DNA of 64,000 nucleotides, taken from a virus. Taxonomy: Duplodnaviria > Caudoviricetes. Position numbers and translations under genes: made by a program. Numbering within the stretch: position 1 is the stretch's first letter; each line of letters begins with the position of its first letter. The stretch is taken from the IMG/VR virus record IMGVR_UViG_3300025120_010521. The stretch is one strand, 5' to 3'. A model generated the notes under the pieces. The model saw only the letters and a program-made list of their open reading frames with translations, had not been told where the DNA came from and ran no database searches. This document shows, in pieces, positions 1 through 9,778 of this stretch.

Positions 1-8
1 TACGTAAC

Positions 9-1037
9 TCATTCAACATACACCTGGCCAAATTTATTGCTAATAAAAGTTTGCCATTTAACATCTTCTTGTTTAACAAAACCCTCACCTGTAAGCTCAT
101 CCCTACAGTATGATACTATATTAGCACAAACTCCAGATGCTGTCGACCTCTGAATTGCACTCATACCATCTTTTCCAAAAATATTTTTCTGGTATGACTT
201 TTCTAATAGTTTTCCGTTCTTCATTCCAATTACTTTAATCAACATAACTACAACATCTTCTGTAGTATATGGAACTGTTTGATCAAATAAGTCACCTATT
301 TTATCTTTGTTACTTTTTAGGTTTAAATCCTGTAATAAGAAGTTCATTTTATCTCTATGACCAGGATATCTAATTGTTTTATAGCTTAATGTGTTTACTT
401 TTCCATCAAACGTTTCACACATTGTTGCTACGCCACCTGATGTGTTAAATGCTTCATATCTTCTGCCATCGATATAAATTCTTTCGACTCCATCTAACGG
501 TGGTATTTTTAATTTTTTGCCGTCTGCAATTACATCACATAAATTACAATACTCGTTTATCAACCCATTTGTTGACCAGGTTAAGTAATAGCTCATTTCG
601 TTTGAAGGATAACGTGGTAATGCACCAACCCTCATTTGTACATCATGTGCTTCATCAAAATCTTTAATTAAGTTACTTCCAATAATATTAACTGCACCAG
701 GAGCCAATCCACATTGGGGCATCATAAAAGTTTTAGTATCTAAATCTTTAATATAGTCAGTTACTTCAACGTCTTCTGTTAAATCAAAGTATGCTACACC
801 TAATTTTGAGGCCACATTAGCAATACCTTTATTTAAATAGTAAGGGGCCGCAGAACATACTACATCTTTATTTTTTAAAAAATGTTCTAATTGTGTTTCA
901 TTAGATGCATCTAACGAAACAACTCCATTACTTGCTATTGAATCTCCTATTACAACATTATAATTTTCTGATCGTAGTAAACTGGCGATAACTCGGCCAA
1001 TCTTTCCATTTCCTATAACTGCTACATTATTTTTCAT
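9..1037 (-). CDS. Saccharopine dehydrogenase / lysine 6-dehydrogenase family oxidoreductase
   Basis: N-terminal Rossmann VIGNGKIG; family motifs CGLAPG, YYLTWSTNGLINEY and KTIRYPGH. Confidence 0.8.
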   Translation of the reverse strand: MKNNVAVIGNGKIGRVIASLLRSENYNVVIGDSIASNGVVSLDASNETQLEHFLKNKDVVCSAAPYYLNKGIANVASKLGVAYFDLTEDVEVTDYIKDLDTKTFMMPQCGLAPGAVNIIGSNLIKDFDEAHDVQMRVGALPRYPSNEMSYYLTWSTNGLINEYCNLCDVIADGKKLKIPPLDGVERIYIDGRRYEAFNTSGGVATMCETFDGKVNTLSYKTIRYPGHRDKMNFLLQDLNLKSNKDKIGDLFDQTVPYTTEDVVVMLIKVIGMKNGKLLEKSYQKNIFGKDGMSAIQRSTASGVCANIVSYCRDELTGEGFVKQEDVKWQTFISNKFGQVYVE

Positions 1038-1040
1038 ATA

Positions 1041-1349
1041 CTATTTTTTCTTTTTAACCTTTTTAGTTTTCTTTCTTATACCATATGCTTCAGCTAACTT
1101 TAATGGTTCCATTCCATCTATAGAAATTACTTTATCAAAAGTAACATCTTCCCATTTTCCATCTACATTTGATCTTGAATGAAATGTTGTGCTACCATTA
1201 TTATTATCAATACTATGTATTGTGAAGTCACCAGTTTTATCTACTGTACCGCTTCCACCAAAAGCAACTGCTGAGTACCAAGCACTTATTTCTGTGTCTG
1301 CTTTAATTATATTTCGAGTAATTAACTCTCGTCCGAGTGCTTTATCCAT
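1041..1349 (-). CDS. Hypothetical protein, basic C-terminus
   Basis: Track ORF 1041..1442; more plausible start MDKALG at 1349. Confidence 0.6.
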   Translation of the reverse strand: MDKALGRELITRNIIKADTEISAWYSAVAFGGSGTVDKTGDFTIHSIDNNNGSTTFHSRSNVDGKWEDVTFDKVISIDGMEPLKLAEAYGIRKKTKKVKKKK

Positions 1350-1451
1350 ATTTTTCTCTTTCTTTTTTCTTGTTGTTTTGCTGTACTGTATCCAATTAAA
1401 AATGACACTGCTATTACAGTACAAATAGCGAATAAATGCCAAATAACAAAA

Positions 1452-2063
1452 TTACTCATTTACTATCTCCTTAAATTGATCTAACGTAACTGCTGATTCA
1501 ATTTTTATTATATGATGATTTAGTGCAAGTTTACATAACATTACATCATCGTGGTCAGTTAAATATAATACAGGATTACACCAATAAGTTCTCCATCTTT
1601 CTTTTTCTTTTAGTAGAGAATTTAATGACGATCCAAATCTATATCGTGATGGATCTTTTTCTGTAAAAAAATTAAGAAACCAATCAATTGATTTTTCCAT
1701 GTTAGTATGTGCACCAAATGTCATTTTATACGAATACCTATTCCAAAACAATCTGTTTCTTGTAATACAATCTTTGTTGTCCATTAAATATTCATAATGT
1801 TTTTTATTATAAGGCTCGTATACTTCTTTTACCCATTTACCATGATTATTAATAATATATTCTAAATCTTTACGTTTTTTAAAAAACATTTGTATTGTTC
1901 TTGCATGACGCATTTGATAATTTTCTTTGTTTTGTGTTTTTAACCACTCAATCATTTTTCGCATATCTTCATAATAAAAGTCCAGATCAAATCCTTCACT
2001 TACTAATACTGCTTTGTAAGGAAATTTACTATAAAATAATTTTGTTGTTGTTTCAAATTGCAT
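1452..2063 (-). CDS. Hypothetical protein
   Basis: 203 aa ORF abutting the clpA stop (TAATG coupling). Confidence 0.7.
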   Translation of the reverse strand: MQFETTTKLFYSKFPYKAVLVSEGFDLDFYYEDMRKMIEWLKTQNKENYQMRHARTIQMFFKKRKDLEYIINNHGKWVKEVYEPYNKKHYEYLMDNKDCITRNRLFWNRYSYKMTFGAHTNMEKSIDWFLNFFTEKDPSRYRFGSSLNSLLKEKERWRTYWCNPVLYLTDHDDVMLCKLALNHHIIKIESAVTLDQFKEIVNE

Positions 2064-4291
2064 TATTGTTTGTATTCAAGTTCTAGTTTATCGTTGACTG
2101 CTTTAACAATTACTGTACCACCATTAATTAACTTACCAAATAGTATTTCTTTTGATAATGGACGTTTGACATTTTGATCAAATATTCTTTGCATTGGTCT
2201 TGCACCCATTGACGGATCAAAACCTTTATCAGCAATCCATCGTGACGCTGTGTCATCAAGCACTACAATAACTTTTTTGTCTTTTAACATTTCGTTTGTT
2301 TCATCTTTAACTTTATTAACAATTTTTAAAATATTATCTTTTGATAACTTGTTAAATTGTATTGTTGCATCAAGTCTGTTTCTAAACTCAGGTGCAAAGA
2401 AGTCTTTTACGTAATCATCAGTTGCATTAACTGAATCAGGACGACCAATACCCATTGGTGGTTTTTCACTTGCTTGAGCACCTAAGTTAGAAGTTAAACA
2501 CAAAATGACTTTGTTAAACATCACCGTTTTACCTGTCGATGATGTTAGTTTACCGTCATCCATTACTTGTAACAATACTTGTAATACTTCTGGTGCTGAT
2601 TTTTCAACCTCATCAAGTAGTAGTACACAGTTTGGATTATCTTCAACGTCATTAATTAGCTGTCCTGAGCCAATTGATCCTTCTGCATATCCTACATAAC
2701 CTGGAGGAGCACCAATTAATTTTGATACTGAATGTCTTTCTTGATATTCTGACATATCATATTTTAATAGTTTAATTCCTAATGAGTCTGCTAGTTGTCT
2801 ACAAACTTCTGTTTTACCAACACCTGTTGGACCTACAAACAAGTATGATCCAATTGGTTTATTAAATGGTCTTAACCCTGCTTTTGCAATCATAATAGAA
2901 TCAACTATTTTTTCAATTGCTTCATTTTGTCCATATACTTTTGTTTTAACTTTACCTTCTAAACCAGCATAGTTATCAGTTTGTTTTTCATCAATAACAT
3001 CCATAGGAACGTTTGAAATTTTGCTTACTTGTTGTTGTATCATATGCTTTGTAACTGATGGTGCCTGTGCCAATTTTGCTTTTGCACCTGCGGCATCAAT
3101 AACGTCAATTGCTTTATCTGGTAAAAATTTATTGTGTATAAATCTATCTGCAAGATCAACTGCTAAATCAACACATCCATCATCATATTTTGCTTGATGA
3201 AACTTTTCATAGTATGTAAGAATACCATTTAAAATTAATTTTGCATCTGTTTTACTTGGTTCACCTAAGTCTAATCTTTGGAAACGTCTCATTAATGCAC
3301 GATCTTTTTCAAAGTTTTCTCTGTATTCTTCAATTGTTGTTGTACCAATACACAATAGTTTACCTTTTGCAAGTATTGGTTTTAATAATGTACCAAAATC
3401 CATGTTTGATTGTCCGGCACTACCTGCACCCATTATCATATGTACTTCGTCAATGAATAGTATTACATCTTTTTGTTTTTGTAATTTATCTAATACTACT
3501 TTTGCACGTTCTTCAAAGTCACCTCTAAATTTTGTGCCTGCCACTAATGAAGCAACGTCTAATGAGTAAACTATTTTATCTTTAATTGCATCAGGAACTT
3601 GTTTATCTACAATTTTTTTTGCGATACCTTCTGCAATTGCTGTTTTACCAACACCAGGTTCACCAACAACAATACAATTATTCTTTTTACGTCTTGCAAG
3701 AATATGCACAATGTCATCTAGTTCTGGTTCTCTACCAATTAGTGAATCAATTTTTCCATCTTTAGCTTCTTTGTTTAAGTCAGTACAGTAATCTTCAAAT
3801 CTAATTCCACCACCTGGCTCACCGCCCTGTTGTCTTTCTTGTAAACCAACGTCTTCACCGTATCTTTCTTTTGTTAATTGTTCGATGATTGCTTGTCTTG
3901 TAATATTGTTTTTCTTTAAAAAGTATAACGCATGACTATTCTTTTCACTTAATAAACTTACGAAGATGTCTTTAATAGTTAACTTTTTTCTTCCAGAGAA
4001 TATAACTTGGGTCACTGCTCTATTAAACACTCTTTCTAAAGCAGATGTTTTGCGTGGTGCATCTGATGATTCTACAACAATATCTTTTAATCTAGTATCA
4101 AGATATTCTGAACAGTCAACCATAACTTGTTCAATATCGCCTTTAACATCTACAATTAAAGACTGTATTTCTTTTTCATCGGATAATGCTAACAAAAGAT
4201 GCTCGAGCACCACATATTCGTGGTTACGTTCCGAGGCATACTCCATTGCTTTATCTAGTACGGATTCTATCGGATCGTATTCTTCAGCCAT
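2063..4291 (-). CDS. clpA: ATP-dependent Clp protease ATP-binding subunit ClpA
   Basis: Clp N-domain (LEHLLLAL), two AAA+ modules (GEPGVGKT/FIDEVH and GPTGVGKT/LLDEVEK), no M-domain, IGF-like MGIG loop. Confidence 0.92.
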   Translation of the reverse strand: MAEEYDPIESVLDKAMEYASERNHEYVVLEHLLLALSDEKEIQSLIVDVKGDIEQVMVDCSEYLDTRLKDIVVESSDAPRKTSALERVFNRAVTQVIFSGRKKLTIKDIFVSLLSEKNSHALYFLKKNNITRQAIIEQLTKERYGEDVGLQERQQGGEPGGGIRFEDYCTDLNKEAKDGKIDSLIGREPELDDIVHILARRKKNNCIVVGEPGVGKTAIAEGIAKKIVDKQVPDAIKDKIVYSLDVASLVAGTKFRGDFEERAKVVLDKLQKQKDVILFIDEVHMIMGAGSAGQSNMDFGTLLKPILAKGKLLCIGTTTIEEYRENFEKDRALMRRFQRLDLGEPSKTDAKLILNGILTYYEKFHQAKYDDGCVDLAVDLADRFIHNKFLPDKAIDVIDAAGAKAKLAQAPSVTKHMIQQQVSKISNVPMDVIDEKQTDNYAGLEGKVKTKVYGQNEAIEKIVDSIMIAKAGLRPFNKPIGSYLFVGPTGVGKTEVCRQLADSLGIKLLKYDMSEYQERHSVSKLIGAPPGYVGYAEGSIGSGQLINDVEDNPNCVLLLDEVEKSAPEVLQVLLQVMDDGKLTSSTGKTVMFNKVILCLTSNLGAQASEKPPMGIGRPDSVNATDDYVKDFFAPEFRNRLDATIQFNKLSKDNILKIVNKVKDETNEMLKDKKVIVVLDDTASRWIADKGFDPSMGARPMQRIFDQNVKRPLSKEILFGKLINGGTVIVKAVNDKLELEYKQ

Positions 4292-4772
4292 TTTGTTTTA
4301 ACCTTTTATTTCGTTTTTTCATTGCCATGCCAAGTTTAAGTTTAGAAACCAACGTATCAAATGTTACTCCATTTAAGTGATCAGTTTCATGTTGAAAGAC
4401 TCTACTCATCATTCCGTCGAGTTTTTCATTAACTTTCTCTCCATTAGTATTTACATATTCTACAACAACATTAAGTGGACGTAGAACTTTTAAAAATAAT
4501 CCTGGAAAACTTAAACATCCTTCTGTAATTAAACCTTGCTCACTACCTGTTTCAACAATCTTAGGGTTAGCTATTAGTTTATAACGTGTTTTATCTCCCA
4601 TGATGAAAAAACTTTTATCTAAACCAACTTGTGGTGCCGCTAGTCCTACCCCATTATTATTTGACATAATTGTATGCATTTGCTCTGCTAATTTTACTAC
4701 ATTATCCATGTCTTCGTCAACACTTATTGTAGGTTTCTTTAATATATCTGCTGGTGCATAAACGAGATCCAT
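4284..4772 (-). CDS. def: Peptide deformylase
   Basis: Motifs GVGLAAPQVG, EGCLS and QHETDH all intact. Confidence 0.95.
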   Translation of the reverse strand: MDLVYAPADILKKPTISVDEDMDNVVKLAEQMHTIMSNNNGVGLAAPQVGLDKSFFIMGDKTRYKLIANPKIVETGSEQGLITEGCLSFPGLFLKVLRPLNVVVEYVNTNGEKVNEKLDGMMSRVFQHETDHLNGVTFDTLVSKLKLGMAMKKRNKRLKQNG

Positions 4773-5656
4773 TAATTTTCTCCTTTAATTTTTTTAAGTA
4801 ATTCTTTTTGTTCATCTGTTAATGTTTTAGGTATTTTATAATTTAGCTTTATATATAAGTTTCCTGCTGTACCACTAGTTAATACCATTCCTTTACCTTT
4901 AACTCTAATCACATCTTCTGGTTGTGTTAATGGTGGAACAATAACTGATATGACTGTGTTGAAATGTTGCACATCTACTTTTGTTCCTAACAATGCATCA
5001 AATATATCAATATCTAAATTAGTATATAAATTATTTTCTTTTTTTGTAAAGTTTTTATGACCTGCAATACTCAATACAACATATAAATTGCCAGGACGTA
5101 GATCACTATATTGTTTAGAACCAAGACCACTAAATTTAATTTGTGTTCCTGTATCACAAGATTTTGGTATTTCTATTTTAACATTTTGGTTTGTTCCGTC
5201 TGGTGTTTTTACTACTACTTCTTTTGTATTACCATGATAAACATCTTCTAATGATACTGTTAAACTAATCCTAATGTCTTGATTACGTAATGGCTTATTT
5301 TGTCTTTGACTTTGCCTATATGATTGTTTTGGATTGCTACCAAAGAATTGATTAAACATAGATTGAAACCCACCAGGTCCTTCCATATCAATAATAATAT
5401 CATCAAATCCGCCACCACCAAAATTAAAAGAACCAGGACCTCCTTGGGCACCAAATCGTCTTTCCATGTCATATTGTTGACGTTGTTTTTGATCACTCAA
5501 AGTATTATTTGCTTCGTTAATTTTTTTAAAGTTAGTATCGTCGCCACCATTTATGTCAGGATGATATTGTTTAGCCAACTTTTTGTAGGCTCTTTTGATT
5601 TCATCTTGAGATGCTTGTTCTGATACACCTAGTGTTTTGTAATGATCCTGACTCAT
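4772..5656 (-). CDS. dnaJ: DnaJ/CbpA-type co-chaperone (class II, no Zn finger)
   Basis: J-domain with HPD, G/F-rich linker, C-terminal substrate-binding domain. Confidence 0.92.
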   Translation of the reverse strand: MSQDHYKTLGVSEQASQDEIKRAYKKLAKQYHPDINGGDDTNFKKINEANNTLSDQKQRQQYDMERRFGAQGGPGSFNFGGGGFDDIIIDMEGPGGFQSMFNQFFGSNPKQSYRQSQRQNKPLRNQDIRISLTVSLEDVYHGNTKEVVVKTPDGTNQNVKIEIPKSCDTGTQIKFSGLGSKQYSDLRPGNLYVVLSIAGHKNFTKKENNLYTNLDIDIFDALLGTKVDVQHFNTVISVIVPPLTQPEDVIRVKGKGMVLTSGTAGNLYIKLNYKIPKTLTDEQKELLKKIKGEN

Positions 5657-5662
5657 TGTTTA

Positions 5663-5690
5663 AGTATACAATAGATTAGTATAAAGTCAA
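5663..5690 (-). promoter_or_regulatory. Sigma70-like promoter of dnaJ-def-clpA
   Basis: TTGACT-N16-TATACT, ATG 6 nt after the -10. Confidence 0.65.
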
Positions 5691-5693
5691 GTA

Positions 5694-6173
5694 TTATTTA
5701 GACTTATTATCAACTTCTTCAGTTGATTCATATTCTTCGTAATACTTTTTATATTCTTCTAACAGTGTATTTGTTTCTTGAAGTTTTGCTCTAATCTGTG
5801 CGAAGTTTTTGGCCAAAAGTTCGTAATCCTTATCTGATAAACCAAACAATACAGGATCTAATCCTTGCTCTTTCATTTTAGCAAACACTTCATCTGCATT
5901 TTCACTGTGAATAATAATCCATTGTATTTGTTCAAGTTCTAATGGTGTTGGCAATGGATAATCTAACTGTTGTCTTGGTTCTTCAACTTGGAATATTTTT
6001 ATTTTCTTTTCTCCGCCAATTGAACAACCAGTTAATGCACAAATTATTAATACGAGAAACGCACCTTTAAGATAGGCTACCCACATCACGCCATAGTCAG
6101 ACATGTTAAATTTATTTTTAAACCATTCTATTTGTCTTTTGTGTAAATCAATAAGTTTATTCATATGGTACAT
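5694..6173 (-). CDS. Outer-membrane lipoprotein, o-spanin (Rz1-like)
   Basis: Hydrophobic stretch + lipobox LTGC, Pro-rich segment, C-terminal helix; overlaps the upstream i-spanin-like gene. Confidence 0.65.
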   Translation of the reverse strand: MYHMNKLIDLHKRQIEWFKNKFNMSDYGVMWVAYLKGAFLVLIICALTGCSIGGEKKIKIFQVEEPRQQLDYPLPTPLELEQIQWIIIHSENADEVFAKMKEQGLDPVLFGLSDKDYELLAKNFAQIRAKLQETNTLLEEYKKYYEEYESTEEVDNKSK

Positions 6174-6630
6174 AAGAAGGATTTGCTAGTGCCGGACATT
6201 CTGGATTAATTTCCGACTTTTTAGTTGCCTTCAACTCCTGTTCAGTGTGTGGTGCACCTGACGCCAATTCTATACATCTTATAGCATTGTCAGATCCTTT
6301 ATTGAATATTCTTTCAACTGGTGCTGTTTTTTCAATTGCAAGTTTGCCCACGTCTCTTTTGCCTTTGTTGAATCTTTTGTCTAATTCATCTAAGTCTTTT
6401 TTAAGTGTGCTAATTAACTTGTTTAATTGTTTATTTGATTCTAGTATATCTTTAAAATCTTCTTTTTGTTTTTGTAATAATTCTTTTTGTGATTCTACAC
6501 TACGTTCTAATTCAATTTGATTTGCTTTTAATATAGCATTATCACTACGTAATTTCATTACATACATGCCGGCCCCTGCTATAGCTGAAATAATTAGTAC
6601 TGTAAAAATAACTTTAATGTAGCCAAACAT
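6157..6630 (-). CDS. Inner-membrane i-spanin (Rz-like)
   Basis: Single N-terminal TM, long coiled coil, two C-terminal Cys. Confidence 0.65.
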   Translation of the reverse strand: MFGYIKVIFTVLIISAIAGAGMYVMKLRSDNAILKANQIELERSVESQKELLQKQKEDFKDILESNKQLNKLISTLKKDLDELDKRFNKGKRDVGKLAIEKTAPVERIFNKGSDNAIRCIELASGAPHTEQELKATKKSEINPECPALANPSYVPYE

Positions 6631-6632
6631 GT

Positions 6633-7442
6633 TTAATCCTTTTTATGAACTGTATCACAGTTGTCAATATATTTAGTGTAGTCGCCAATTGAGTGATCTA
6701 CAAAACCATCACCAACTGTTTTATTAAAAATACTTGCTACACCATCTTTAAACATTCTCCAAAACTTTACTGCACCAATTCTTAAATCATGATTACGATC
6801 AATATAGCAAAAGTTACCAACATGTGTATAGTTCATTATTACCCACGGTACTCTTGTAACTAAATCTCTTTGATTTCTAAATCTCCACACTGGACATTTG
6901 ATTGTTTTTGTAAATGTTCTATTGCCAACCCTAGGTGACCCGTAAGTAAAACATCCTCTAGCAAACGTACCTAACCGTGAAGCCGCAACTGTTGCCGCCG
7001 CCGCACCCAATGAATGTCCTGTAGTGTAAACTTTTTTAGTTTTATTTGTTTTTAAGTTAGTACCATGTTCAAAAAATATTCTTTTAATGTCATCCCAAAT
7101 TTCATCAACATAGTTTGAAAATCCAGTGTGTACTTTACCACCTTCCCATGCTGACCTTTTCCAAAACTTCATATCAGAAAATATATCTTTCATTTCTTTT
7201 GGTTGTGTTCCTCTAAAAGCAATTATAAAAGTATCATCATTCCAAAGTATGTATGCTTGAGAACCGTTTCTATCTAAAAATTGATAATGATAATCATCAA
7301 TTATATTTTCTTTACGTAAAAAATGTGTAAATGACTTTGGTGTATAATATGCCGCACTACTTAATTTAGAAAAAAATACTGCTGTGTCTTTGTTAAATTT
7401 ATCAACAATAATATTAAGCGGCCCAGACATGAGTTGCTCCAT
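6633..7442 (-). CDS. Lipase class 3 (alpha/beta hydrolase)
   Basis: AFRGT, VHTGF, GHSLG nucleophile, GSPRVGN, DLVTRVP, C-terminal DH. Confidence 0.88.
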   Translation of the reverse strand: MEQLMSGPLNIIVDKFNKDTAVFFSKLSSAAYYTPKSFTHFLRKENIIDDYHYQFLDRNGSQAYILWNDDTFIIAFRGTQPKEMKDIFSDMKFWKRSAWEGGKVHTGFSNYVDEIWDDIKRIFFEHGTNLKTNKTKKVYTTGHSLGAAAATVAASRLGTFARGCFTYGSPRVGNRTFTKTIKCPVWRFRNQRDLVTRVPWVIMNYTHVGNFCYIDRNHDLRIGAVKFWRMFKDGVASIFNKTVGDGFVDHSIGDYTKYIDNCDTVHKKD

Positions 7443-7905
7443 TTTGTTTACCTACTCTAGCAATATGATTCATTCTTTTAATTACATCATTATAGTAGCC
7501 TTCACGTTTACCGCCACCAATCATTGTTGCTCCGCCACCGGACTTATCAATTGTTGTTGGTTCTTCTGGTGATGGTTTACCAATTGCTTTTTGTAGCCAT
7601 TGTGTAGTTTTTGCTATAAACTCATCAATTGGAAAAGGTGATGCATCTTCTAAGTCTGTTGGATACCCAAGTTCATCCATTACTTGTCTCATATTTGTAT
7701 TTGCAAGACTGAGATCTAGTTCAGGTTTGTAATCTGGATTTGGTTTTGGCTCTGCATCATACGGATAATCTGCTTTGTAAACATCAGGATGATATCTATC
7801 GCCCGAATCAACAGATGATCTCCAATAATTATCTTTTGGATCTTTGGCACCTGCTGAAAAACTCATACTCTCTTGTATTTGCTGAACTAGTTCTCTAAAT
7901 CTCAT
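7414..7905 (-). CDS. Hypothetical protein with capsid-targeting-like N-terminus
   Basis: MRFRELVQQIQE start resembles T4 internal-protein CTS MKTYQEFIAE. Confidence 0.6.
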   Translation of the reverse strand: MRFRELVQQIQESMSFSAGAKDPKDNYWRSSVDSGDRYHPDVYKADYPYDAEPKPNPDYKPELDLSLANTNMRQVMDELGYPTDLEDASPFPIDEFIAKTTQWLQKAIGKPSPEEPTTIDKSGGGATMIGGGKREGYYNDVIKRMNHIARVGKQNGATHVWAA

Positions 7906-7907
7906 TA

Positions 7908-8066
7908 TTAGCCTCTTGTAAAAAATTGATATGCACCAAAGGCAATCGCGGCATAAGCCGCAATGTTAATCCAACTACCTAAGAATAAGATAATTAAACC
8001 AACTGCTACTAAACCTAGTCCACCATGTGACGCTTTTTCTTTAAGTCTATCTGTTAACCAATTCAT
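7908..8066 (-). CDS. Small 2-TM membrane protein (52 aa, not in ORF track), possible holin
   Basis: MNWLTDRLKEKASHGGLGLVAVGLIILFLGSWINIAAYAAIAFGAYQFFTRG; AAGGAG SD 6 nt upstream. Confidence 0.7.
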   Translation of the reverse strand: MNWLTDRLKEKASHGGLGLVAVGLIILFLGSWINIAAYAAIAFGAYQFFTRG

Positions 8067-8098
8067 GTTCATCTCCTTTTATTATATTATTATATGGC

Positions 8099-8341
8099 TT
8101 ATTTTTCTACCTTTGAAATCCTACTCTCAAGGTCAGCTAACTTTTTTGTTAAAGCTGGAAACTTCGCCATTCTTTTCTCCTCATCAGTGAGAAGTTTTAC
8201 GTTATACCTTTTTGCCGCCCAGTTGTATAGTGAATCTACCTTATTATAGAACCATACACCTAGCTTGGTATCTCGAAACCATGTTGCTGTTGCATTTCCA
8301 ATAATTGCTCCAGCCATTGCTTTTATAATCCAAAACCACAT
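8099..8341 (-). CDS. Hypothetical membrane-associated protein
   Basis: Hydrophobic N-terminus, C-terminal coiled coil. Confidence 0.6.
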   Translation of the reverse strand: MWFWIIKAMAGAIIGNATATWFRDTKLGVWFYNKVDSLYNWAAKRYNVKLLTDEEKRMAKFPALTKKLADLESRISKVEK

Positions 8342-8342
8342 A

Positions 8343-8561
8343 TCATTTATACCTATATACTATTCTTCCTTTTGTTAAATCATATTGTGAAACTTCAATG
8401 TCAACTTTATCATTTTCTAAAATTCGAATATGATTCTTTCTCATCTTTCCACTTAAATGACCTAACACTTCATGTTTATTTTCTAACGTTACTCGAAACA
8501 TTCCTCCAGGTAATACTGTTGATACTGTTCCGCTTAATTTTAAAATATCGTCTTTTGGCAT
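8343..8561 (-). CDS. infA: Translation initiation factor IF-1
   Basis: 72 aa; [37 protein letters not shown]. Confidence 0.95.
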   Translation of the reverse strand: MPKDDILKLSGTVSTVLPGGMFRVTLENKHEVLGHLSGKMRKNHIRILENDKVDIEVSQYDLTKGRIVYRYK

Positions 8562-8986
8562 TAATTCTTTAGTGCTTGAGTAATCATCTTTTCTGATAAC
8601 ATGTGTGTTTTACCACCATAAAAATTTAATTGCCATTCTCGAACTGTTGTTACACTCTTAATGTCGTTGAGTATTTCTACTACACGATTTAAAGTTTCTG
8701 CATCTTTTTTTATTTCTACAAAAACCATGTAGTTCCCATCTTCATCTGGTCCTGGTGATACTTCTGTATCTGCAACACCAATATAACCTCGTTCAATAAA
8801 TCTTGCTAAATCTTGAGCTGGTTCATCATCTTTTGAATACAAGCCCATTACTAAAATATCTTTTGAATCACCTGTTTTAGGTTCAAATTGATCAATACTA
8901 ACTTTGTTTAAAACTAGATGTTCTAAGTCACCTGGTCTTAAACCTTCTTCAAGGCGTTTACTCGTTACTAGTGATTGTAGTTTCAT
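8561..8986 (-). CDS. Hypothetical phage protein, CTS-like N-terminus
   Basis: [14 protein letters not shown] start; coupled to infA. Confidence 0.65.
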   Translation of the reverse strand: MKLQSLVTSKRLEEGLRPGDLEHLVLNKVSIDQFEPKTGDSKDILVMGLYSKDDEPAQDLARFIERGYIGVADTEVSPGPDEDGNYMVFVEIKKDAETLNRVVEILNDIKSVTTVREWQLNFYGGKTHMLSEKMITQALKN

Positions 8987-9443
8987 CTGTAATCCCCTCG
9001 TCTTTTGCTTGATTTTTTACTTCTGCATCTGCATCAGTTTCTAAATCAAAGTTATCTAATAATCGTTTTGGCATCTTAATAGATACCAACCATACTGGCA
9101 CTTCGTCTGCTTGTGGTTTTTTTGTTCCAGGTTTAAAATCACCTGGGGTTTTTACTCTACGTGGAGCCATGTAATAATCTTTTTTGTAATACACTTTACA
9201 GTCATATCCTAATAGACGTTGACCACCGGCTGGATCTGGCATCTGCTCTCTTGGGTACATTAATGTAATGTCTACCCAATATCTACCAACTTTAGGACCA
9301 TCTACAACTTCTCCTTCTAGCCAGTTTTTGTAAGTGTAAATGCCCATCTCGTCCATAGATTTTTCAAACTCTAACAATATGTCAAGTAAGCTAGTGTTTT
9401 GATGAACTGCGTAATGATTATCTAATATATCTTGTGTTTCCAT
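8958..9443 (-). CDS. Hypothetical phage protein
   Basis: 161 aa ORF; ATAAATA element 8 nt upstream. Confidence 0.65.
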   Translation of the reverse strand: METQDILDNHYAVHQNTSLLDILLEFEKSMDEMGIYTYKNWLEGEVVDGPKVGRYWVDITLMYPREQMPDPAGGQRLLGYDCKVYYKKDYYMAPRRVKTPGDFKPGTKKPQADEVPVWLVSIKMPKRLLDNFDLETDADAEVKNQAKDEGITDETTITSNE

Positions 9444-9454
9444 AACAATTGTAT

Positions 9455-9778
9455 TTATGCCTTATTCGTTGTTTTATACGTTTCCCACTTTGGTTGTCCA
9501 GTTAGAGAAGTATTATACCCTTTTTTGCCACATTCTCTATAACAGGTCTTTATAGCAAACGATTTGTTAAATTTATTCATAAAATTAGACGTTTCTACTT
9601 GATTTGGAGTGTTTTTTTCAATATTTAAATCGTTTATATCAGCATTATTCTTTATAGCCCACTCTTTAAGCTCGTCTTTTTGAACATATACGAAGCAACA
9701 AGGATAAAGATTACCATCAGCACTTAAAAAATGTGCCATATCTTTAAAGCATTTTGGATCTAAATCTTCTACTGCCAT
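9455..9778 (-). CDS. Stand-alone SPASM/twitch Fe-S domain
   Basis: C..HFLSADGNLYPCC...CYREC pattern typical of SPASM. Confidence 0.65.
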   Translation of the reverse strand: MAVEDLDPKCFKDMAHFLSADGNLYPCCFVYVQKDELKEWAIKNNADINDLNIEKNTPNQVETSNFMNKFNKSFAIKTCYRECGKKGYNTSLTGQPKWETYKTTNKA

